This document shows, in pieces, positions 44,837 through 51,658 of a DNA stretch of 64,000 bases. Under the pieces are notes generated by a model. That model searched no databases and was not told the origin of the DNA. It saw only the letters and a list, made by a program, of their open reading frames with translations. The number at the start of each line of letters is the position of its first letter. Within the stretch, counting starts at the first letter, position 1. The translations under genes were made by a program, and so were the position numbers. The DNA comes from Thermoproteota archaeon (GTDB taxonomy: Archaea; Thermoproteota; Methanomethylicia; Methanomethylicales; Methanomethylicaceae): the NCBI GenBank assembly GCA_016882195.1, contig VGLU01000001.1:102001-166000 (forward strand), given 5' to 3'.

Positions 44837-46555
44837 TTACGCCTTTGCTGTGGCAGCCTTCACCACCTCCGACCTTCCGTGGACGTTCTGCACGAATATT
44901 ATGTTCGCGAACTCCCCTATGGCACTGAGCTGGCTTGGGGTAATAACTACGAACTGGACATCCGCGTTCTCGTTCATGAATGAGAAGAGCATCCTCATCA
45001 TGGACTCCCTATTGTGGGGATCCATATGCACGTCGAACTCGTCGACGGCCCTGACAGGGGACTTGAGGTGATCCTGAAGGGCCAAAAGGAATGCCATGGT
45101 GGAGACCGCGCGCTCGCCGCCGCTCTGGGCGTAAGCGTCCAGAACCACTGGAGAGACACCCCTGAAACCCACCGTAACCTCTATGCCTGCGTGGTCGGGG
45201 TCTTCCATGTTTGAGAGGCGGACGCTCCCCATACCGCCGACCCTGCCCAGCACACTGAGGTATGTGGGATTGATCTCCTCGGTCAGGTGCTCCATCACGC
45301 TCTTCCAGATCTTCTTCCGCTCATCCAGCTCCTCTATGGTCTTCTTCCTGTTCTCGCCGACCACATCCGCCTTCTGCTTCAGATCGCTGTAGGTCTTGAG
45401 GTAGGTCTGGTACATGGAGGGAGCGTCGTCCGGAACCTCGCCGAGAGAGAGGAGGTGCGCGTTGGCGAACTTTATCTCGTCGGAGATCTCAAGCATGGTC
45501 CTAGAGGTCTCTATGCGGTCGCCCGCCTTGTCCATGAACTTGTTAGACTCCTCCAGCGCCGCCTTGGCCTCAGCCAGCGAGGACTTCAGCTCCTTCAACT
45601 CCTTCTCGAGCTCGCCGGTCCTGTAACGCATTATAGCCTCCTTGACACGAAGGTCGACGTAGTTCTTAACGGTCTCGTCCAGCTTCTCGTCCACGACACC
45701 GATCTCCTTCAGCCTCTCGTCGCCTTCCTTACTGGTGAGTAATGATCTGAACTTCTCCTTCTGGGTCAGGTAAGACTCCCAGAGGTCCTTCGCCTCCCCC
45801 TCCTTCCTCAGGACATCCCTCCGCAGGTCCTCGAGTTGGGAGGTCTTGAGGCGCATCCTCTCCTCTATCTGTGCCAGGGCTCGCTCGTTCTTGAGGATCT
45901 GGGCCCATATGAGCTCCCTCTCAAGGTAAGCCTTCTTCTCAAGGAGGGACCTCTTTTCGTTGTATTTGTCGTTCAGTTCCTTCCAGTAGGCAAGGGTCTG
46001 CTCGGCGCTTGCCAGTAGCTGCGAGGTCGCCTCCTCCTCCCCTAGGATCCTGTTGAGCCTCTCCTCTGACTCGTATATGGCCCTCCTGTACTGGGAGAAG
46101 CCGACAGCCTCCTCCACCATCTTCAGCTTCTCCTCTGGGGAGGTGATGGCGAACTCCTCGATCATGTTCTGGTGCATTATTATCAGCATGTTGTCGGGGT
46201 TCATGCCAACGTTCTTGAAGAGGCGGTTGATGTTGAACTTGCTCGCCTCCCTTCCGTTTATCTCGAACCAGTACGTCCCGTCCTTTTTTAGGTACCTAGA
46301 GACTGAGATTAGGTCGCTGTTGATGAGGGGTACCGGCCGTTTGCCGTCCTCCGCCTTGTTGTTCAGGATGAGCGTGACCCTTGCGGTTTCCTTGCCCCTC
46401 CTTATAAGGTCGGCCAGCTTCCTTGACCGCTCGGTGTAACTCTGTCCGGTTGCAACCGAGATGGCGAGGAGGATGGAGGACTTGCCGGCGCCGTTGGGAC
46501 CGCTTATCAGGTTCAGCCCCCGTCTGAGTTGCACCCTAGCGTACTCATAGGACAT
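44837..46555 (-). CDS. short SMC-like ATPase (no recognisable hinge or zinc hook)
   Basis: Walker A GPNGAGKSS, signature QSGGERAVSTMAFLLAL, Walker B VRAVDEFDVHMD. The heads are separated by about 240 aa of heptad-like sequence. The conserved first strand continues upstream of ATG 46555 (see findings). Confidence 0.85.
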   Translation of the reverse strand: MSYEYARVQLRRGLNLISGPNGAGKSSILLAISVATGQSYTERSRKLADLIRRGKETARVTLILNNKAEDGKRPVPLINSDLISVSRYLKKDGTYWFEINGREASKFNINRLFKNVGMNPDNMLIIMHQNMIEEFAITSPEEKLKMVEEAVGFSQYRRAIYESEERLNRILGEEEATSQLLASAEQTLAYWKELNDKYNEKRSLLEKKAYLERELIWAQILKNERALAQIEERMRLKTSQLEDLRRDVLRKEGEAKDLWESYLTQKEKFRSLLTSKEGDERLKEIGVVDEKLDETVKNYVDLRVKEAIMRYRTGELEKELKELKSSLAEAKAALEESNKFMDKAGDRIETSRTMLEISDEIKFANAHLLSLGEVPDDAPSMYQTYLKTYSDLKQKADVVGENRKKTIEELDERKKIWKSVMEHLTEEINPTYLSVLGRVGGMGSVRLSNMEDPDHAGIEVTVGFRGVSPVVLDAYAQSGGERAVSTMAFLLALQDHLKSPVRAVDEFDVHMDPHNRESMMRMLFSFMNENADVQFVVITPSQLSAIGEFANIIFVQNVHGRSEVVKAATAKA

Positions 46556-46639
46556 GAAGTTCTCAAGAACGACCTCTAAGATCGTGAGCTTTGTCGTCTC
46601 ACTGCACCCCTTAGGGCTTTTTCAATTCACCGAGCCAAA

Positions 46640-46647
46640 CTTATAAA
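46640..46647 (-). promoter_or_regulatory. TATA-like box (TTTATAAG on minus strand) upstream of the SMC-like gene
   Basis: Read directly. It would place a transcription start near 46617-46620. Confidence 0.35.
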
Positions 46648-46725
46648 CCTCACTCTCGACAAAAATACCATGCCTTTTAAGCAATACGATACCCACTCTA
46701 GTAAAATCGAAAAATCGATTCCTAT

Positions 46726-47211
46726 CTACGTTTTTCTCAATATTACTTCGCAGACGCTGTCGCCCTTGCTTCTTCTTTTTGTGCAGCAGTAGTCGATTTT
46801 CTTGTCTATGCCCTTTACAAGCCCAACATCGTATCTTTCCACCGAGGCACATACCTCAGGGGTCCAGTTTCTCTTGTTCTTCCAGAGGCACTCTGTCGCA
46901 TGAATTATCACCTCGTTTTTGTCTTCTTTTATGATGCGGCTTTCTATTCCAAAAACACAGTTCATAGCCAATATTGCGACCGCGCACCCGTGCAGGTTTC
47001 TCTCAATCCCCAGTGTTGCGATGACATCATCTGCATCATTCATACCCCATTCGTACAAGAGTTCCGCCAGCCTTCTTCTTTCTCCCTCGTCAAGTAGGTG
47101 GAAAACATCATTGAAAAGCCTGCCAACTCCACTCGCACTCTTCTTCCATCGGACTCGAGCAGGCAATAAATTGTGCCTTACAACAAACTCATTTACTCTT
47201 CTAGATACCAT
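46726..47211 (-). CDS. hypothetical Cys-containing protein, possibly V4R / ATC-hydrolase-like small-molecule-binding fold
   Basis: 161 aa. The C-terminal pattern ..ATECLW..PEVCASVERYDVGLVKG..DYCCTKRRSKGDSVCEVIL.. resembles V4R-type Cys spacing. Tentative. The gene looks AT-richer than its neighbours. Confidence 0.35.
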   Translation of the reverse strand: MVSRRVNEFVVRHNLLPARVRWKKSASGVGRLFNDVFHLLDEGERRRLAELLYEWGMNDADDVIATLGIERNLHGCAVAILAMNCVFGIESRIIKEDKNEVIIHATECLWKNKRNWTPEVCASVERYDVGLVKGIDKKIDYCCTKRRSKGDSVCEVILRKT

Positions 47212-47423
47212 ACCTTTGCTGATCAGTTCACTGTTTCAAATATCTGTTGCCAGTTCAAACATCATTCGCGGTGCTGACGATGATCGAACTTAATGGGGCG
47301 CCAGCCAGTTATACCAATAAAATCCCATGAAAAGGCATATCTCTATTTGATTACTTATGAATATGATGAGCAAAGTTTATGTAACAAATACTGTTACTAT
47401 CCTCAGATTATGAACCGTGGCGA

Positions 47424-48962
47424 GTGTTGATGGTAAATTTCAAGATAAAGCAGCTTAGCCATAACGGCGTGCTGATACCGGTCTACAAGCCTCTGGGCTT
47501 CAGGATACGCTTCAAGGGTAAGGAGCTCTCCCTCACGCCAGAGCAGGAGGAGATGGCCGTCGCCTGGGTGAGGAAGCTCGCCACGGACTATGCGAAGGAC
47601 GAGGTCTTCATAAAGAACTTCTTCAAGGACTTCGGCGATGCCCTCGGGATGAAGGAGAGGGTTGGACCTGAGGACTTCGACCTCTCCCAGATAATCAAGT
47701 GGGTGGAGGCGGAGAGGGCAAGGAAGGAGGGCATGAGTAAGGAGGAGAAGAAGGCTCTCGCCGTCGAGAGGAAGAGGCTGAGGGAGGAGAACAAGCAGAA
47801 GTACGGCTTCGCCATGGTCAACGGGACGCCCATGGAGATCAGCAACTACATGGTGGAGCCCGCATGTATATTCATGGGGAGGGGCAACCATCCCCTGAGG
47901 GGTAGCTGGAAGCCGGGCATTAAGGCGGAGGACGTCACCCTCAACCTCTCCCCGGACGCTAAGGTGCCTGCTCCCCCCACCGGACGCTCTTGGAAGGGGG
48001 TGGTGTTCGACCCCTCGTTCCTATGGATAGCGAGCTGGAGGGACAAGCTAAGGGGCAAGATGAAGTACGTCTGGCTCTCGGATACGGCGTACGTCAAGCA
48101 GGTCAGGGACATAGAGAAGTTCAGCAGGGCGTGGGAGCTCGAGGAGAAGATAGACAAGGTCAGGTCCCACATCGTGAAGGGGCTGGGGTCCCGCGACATC
48201 CTGACGAGGAAGGTGGCTACTGTCTGCTACCTGATCGACGTGCTGAAGCTGAGGGTGGGGGACGAGAAGGACGAGGACGAGGCTGATACGGTGGGCGCCA
48301 CGACCCTGAGGGCGGAGCACCTCACCTTCAACGAGGATGGATCCGTTACGTTTGACTTCCTCGGCAAGGACGCGGTCAGGTGGGTGAGCACCAAGAGGCC
48401 ACCGGAGGTGGTGGTGAGGAACCTGAAGGAGTTTATAGCCGAGGGGAACGAGACCATATTCAACGGCGTGAGGTCCCAGAAGGTCAACGCCTACCTGGCA
48501 GAGGTCATGCCAGAACTTACGGCGAAGGTATTCAGGACATATCACGCCTCCACGACGACCAAGAAGGTGCTCGATGGCTCGGGCATCAGCAGGAACGCAC
48601 CGCCATATCTGAAGAAGTACCACGCGACGATGGCAAACCTCGAGGTTGCCAAGGTCTGCAACCATAAGAGGAAGTTGCCCAAGACATGGGAGGAGATGCT
48701 CAACAAGAAGAAGGAGAGGCTGCAGGCGCTGAAGGAGAAGAAGGCCAAGAGGGAGAAGCTAAAGGAGCTGGAGCTGAAGATAAGGGCGATGCAGGCCACG
48801 AGGGACTACAACCTGAACACATCTCTGAAGAACTACATAGACCCCAGGGTCTACGCGGACTGGGGGAGGCGGATAGACTTCGACTGGAAGCTCTACTACT
48901 CAAAATCGCTCCAGAGAAGGTTCGCCTGGGTGGATAAGGAGACAGCGCCGAGCAGTAGTTAA
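47424..48962 (+). CDS. DNA topoisomerase IB (eukaryote-type)
   Basis: ..VATVCYLIDVLKLRVGDEKDEDEADTVGATTLRAEHLTF..VTFDFLGKDAVRW.. and the catalytic-Tyr region ..TSLKNYIDPRVY... The start is TTG 47424 or ATG 47427. Confidence 0.95.
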   Translation: MLMVNFKIKQLSHNGVLIPVYKPLGFRIRFKGKELSLTPEQEEMAVAWVRKLATDYAKDEVFIKNFFKDFGDALGMKERVGPEDFDLSQIIKWVEAERARKEGMSKEEKKALAVERKRLREENKQKYGFAMVNGTPMEISNYMVEPACIFMGRGNHPLRGSWKPGIKAEDVTLNLSPDAKVPAPPTGRSWKGVVFDPSFLWIASWRDKLRGKMKYVWLSDTAYVKQVRDIEKFSRAWELEEKIDKVRSHIVKGLGSRDILTRKVATVCYLIDVLKLRVGDEKDEDEADTVGATTLRAEHLTFNEDGSVTFDFLGKDAVRWVSTKRPPEVVVRNLKEFIAEGNETIFNGVRSQKVNAYLAEVMPELTAKVFRTYHASTTTKKVLDGSGISRNAPPYLKKYHATMANLEVAKVCNHKRKLPKTWEEMLNKKKERLQALKEKKAKREKLKELELKIRAMQATRDYNLNTSLKNYIDPRVYADWGRRIDFDWKLYYSKSLQRRFAWVDKETAPSSS

Positions 48963-49038
48963 GGCGATCAGTTTTGGAAGAGGTTCGCGGTCACATTTTT
49001 ATATGACACCACCTACCAACAAAAATGTGGTGCTATAG

Positions 49039-49722
49039 ATGGTTCTCGCAGGCAAGGTCTTCAAGGTGAAGGAGGACGTGGACCTCGCAACTATATCCGG
49101 GAAGCTGAAGGGCTACAGGTACGAGGAGGAGTTTGTCCATGAGGATCAGAAGATACCCCTCCTCACCGAGGTGGACAGGCTACAGCTCGCCCCGGACTCT
49201 CTGGAAGGGGTATTCTCTCAGGACATCGCTTTCACCGTCCAGCACAGGGAAGGGGAGAGGCTGGTGGTAAAGACGATGGAGGCACCCTTCCTCTTCGCAA
49301 GGGACGGGGATAGGACGCTCCTGATCATCCTGGAGAAGAAAAGGGCGGCGAACAACATAGCGAACCAGCTCAGCAAGATCCTCTTCATCTCCACGGGGAG
49401 CATAGTCGAGGCAAAGATCACGCCCCAGACGCTCAAAAAGTTCCACGAGGCAAACCCTGAGGATACCAAGGTGATATTCTTCGACGGCGTGGACATACCC
49501 AACATAAACAAGCTCTCGCTCTACGGCTCAGGCCTTGCCGACACGGCGCTCTACAACGACTACCTCACCCACGGGGCGATATGGTACATAGTATTCAAGT
49601 CCAGGAGGTACGGCATCGTGGCTGGCGTCACCAGAAGCTCGGTCGTCACGGCCTTCAGCGAGATACAGCCGCCGGAGTTCCTTGGTTACATAAAGGAAGA
49701 GGTCTTCCCTCTCATCGGCTAG
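49039..49722 (+). CDS. hypothetical protein
   Basis: 227-aa ORF, 76 nt downstream of topoisomerase IB on the same strand. No motif recognised. Confidence 0.5.
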   Translation: MVLAGKVFKVKEDVDLATISGKLKGYRYEEEFVHEDQKIPLLTEVDRLQLAPDSLEGVFSQDIAFTVQHREGERLVVKTMEAPFLFARDGDRTLLIILEKKRAANNIANQLSKILFISTGSIVEAKITPQTLKKFHEANPEDTKVIFFDGVDIPNINKLSLYGSGLADTALYNDYLTHGAIWYIVFKSRRYGIVAGVTRSSVVTAFSEIQPPEFLGYIKEEVFPLIG

Positions 49723-49752
49723 GCTTCACGACATAGAGTAACTCTTGCAGAT

Positions 49753-50100
49753 CTACTTCTCCTTGGTCCCGCGTTCGAGTTCCAGTACCCCGAGGCGCGT
49801 GGAGTTTCTGACTATCTCCTGCTTCTCCGAGTCCTGCGTCTCCTCGCTCTGGACTATGAAGATCACGTCGTAGAGGATGTAGAGCTCGTAGGACCTTATG
49901 GTGATCCTCCCGTTGGGTTCTCTCAGCTGCTCCCCGTATATGATCTTTGAGCCCTCCATCTCATTCTCGTGGACAAAGTGGTAGATCTCGTGGAGGTCCT
50001 CCTTGTTATCCTCGATCCACTTCTCAATCATTTTGATGTCCTTTTTAGGGATCCTGAGATCGTCCACGGTTGCATACCACTCGACCGCCAAGAATTCCAC
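49753..50100 (-). CDS. hypothetical acidic protein
   Basis: 115-aa ORF with no motif recognised. Confidence 0.4.
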   Translation of the reverse strand: MEFLAVEWYATVDDLRIPKKDIKMIEKWIEDNKEDLHEIYHFVHENEMEGSKIIYGEQLREPNGRITIRSYELYILYDVIFIVQSEETQDSEKQEIVRNSTRLGVLELERGTKEK

Positions 50101-50188
50101 CGAGTTTATACCCCTCGCGATGGATAATAAACTTTTACCACCTGTTTCGCGATGTGTAGGATGCGACCCTCTTTGTGGGCTCTCCTTG

Positions 50189-51133
50189 TTATATGCCCAT
50201 CAGTACCGCCCTTATGTCGGAGGAGGAGTAGGAGAAGTCGCCGAATATGACGTTGTCGCTCTTGTGAACGCTTCCTGCCTTGGCGAGGACCGACGTGATC
50301 ACATCCTGGTATTTGAGATCCACATCGCTACTGACAGGGAAGTATAAGAGATAACGCACCATGATCCCGGAGGAGTTGGTGGCGCTCCGCATCTCCCAAT
50401 CCACCTTCAGGGTGTTGTCCCCGGACTTGAAGAATGAGAAGGCGAACTGCTCCTCGCCGAGCGAGGCTGTGAGGTAGCCCACCTTAAACGTGTCATCGCT
50501 GAAGAAGGGATTTGAGGGAGCATCTATGACCGATTCGATGGCCTCAAGGGCAAGAATGTCGCCCTCGCTCAGTATTACGGACTGGTTGTAGACGCATATC
50601 CAAGCTCCACCCTGATTTGTGATCGGCCCAATGTTGAGCCTGTACAGGGTCACGTTGTTATAAACTGCGGTGGTCAGGTTGCTTCCCTCTAAAGCCATCG
50701 CGATCCTGTCGCTCTCCGCTTTGTCCTCGGCGATGATGCTCACGACCGTGTTGTTCTTTGTCTGCATGTCCAGCCCGTAGGTGACTTCAGAAACGCTTAT
50801 GTTGAATCCGATTTCGGCTATGGAGAGCAGAACCGGATCCAGGAAGAGGTTCGGGTACTTGGAGAGCTGGGTCATGTTCAGGAAGCGGAATCCCTCCACG
50901 CCAGCGGGTATGAGAGACATCCATGGGTGGGGCTCGAAGGAGGAGGGGGAGGGGGGAGTAACGTAATTGCTCTGGGGGACGATGAAGATCGCCACGTAGG
51001 AGAGTACCAGTATGCCGATTAAGAGCAGCATCAGGACTTTCATCCTGTTCGAGGGCTTCTCTTTAGCGGGCGTCTTCTTCGATGGTCCTCTCTTCTTGTC
51101 TGGCACAAGAATCACCACGGCGCACAGAAGCAT
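50189..51133 (-). CDS. hypothetical membrane-anchored extracytoplasmic protein
   Basis: Basic N-tail, a TM helix (MKVLMLLLIGILVLSYVAIFIV), then about 260 aa with many N-x-S/T sequons. A TATA-like box lies about 22 nt upstream of ATG 51133. Confidence 0.5.
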   Translation of the reverse strand: MLLCAVVILVPDKKRGPSKKTPAKEKPSNRMKVLMLLLIGILVLSYVAIFIVPQSNYVTPPSPSSFEPHPWMSLIPAGVEGFRFLNMTQLSKYPNLFLDPVLLSIAEIGFNISVSEVTYGLDMQTKNNTVVSIIAEDKAESDRIAMALEGSNLTTAVYNNVTLYRLNIGPITNQGGAWICVYNQSVILSEGDILALEAIESVIDAPSNPFFSDDTFKVGYLTASLGEEQFAFSFFKSGDNTLKVDWEMRSATNSSGIMVRYLLYFPVSSDVDLKYQDVITSVLAKAGSVHKSDNVIFGDFSYSSSDIRAVLMGI

Positions 51134-51168
51134 TAGACCGACGGTCGGTTATTAAAGTTTTTATTACG

Positions 51169-51591
51169 ATGGCCCTTTTTGTTGATGGTATCAGTAAAGC
51201 ATTTAGACGACCGAGTGGACGGGTGTTACTGAAGGAACCTGCGTTGAAGAGGTATGCGTTAGACTTCCTTGCAATGAATGTGGTAACCCTCGTGATCGCG
51301 TCACTGCTGTACCTTACGGGCATGGACCTCGTGGGCACGTTTATGTTGGCCCTGTTCATTGAAAGCGCATTCGTGTTAATTCTGGGAGGGGCATTTGGGT
51401 TTATAATATCAAGCGCCTCGTTTTACGCACTGGAGAAGCTCCTTGGTAAGAAGGGTTCAAAGAAGGATGATCAGGAGACTGGACCGCAGAAGGAAGTGAC
51501 AAAGAAGCAGATAGCGACGGGCAAGAGATTCGTGATATTGGGGATGGCACTTCTGGCCGAATCGATCTTGATTGCCCTGATGTTGATCTGA
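51169..51591 (+). CDS. hypothetical membrane protein
   Basis: About 3-4 hydrophobic helices with a charged loop (..KKGSKKDDQETGPQKE..). The start is uncertain (51082, 51169 or 51274). Confidence 0.4.
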   Translation: MALFVDGISKAFRRPSGRVLLKEPALKRYALDFLAMNVVTLVIASLLYLTGMDLVGTFMLALFIESAFVLILGGAFGFIISSASFYALEKLLGKKGSKKDDQETGPQKEVTKKQIATGKRFVILGMALLAESILIALMLI

Positions 51592-51658
51592 TGATATGAA
51601 GACGTATTATTATTACCCATAGAAATAGAAAAAGAAATAGAAAAAAAGGAAAAGGAAG

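Noticed and set aside
46622-46852. 76-aa minus-strand ORF between the V4R-like gene and the SMC-like gene
   Set aside because: It overlaps the 3' end of the 46726-47211 gene and the promoter region. Its composition is K/R/C-rich and it has no motif.
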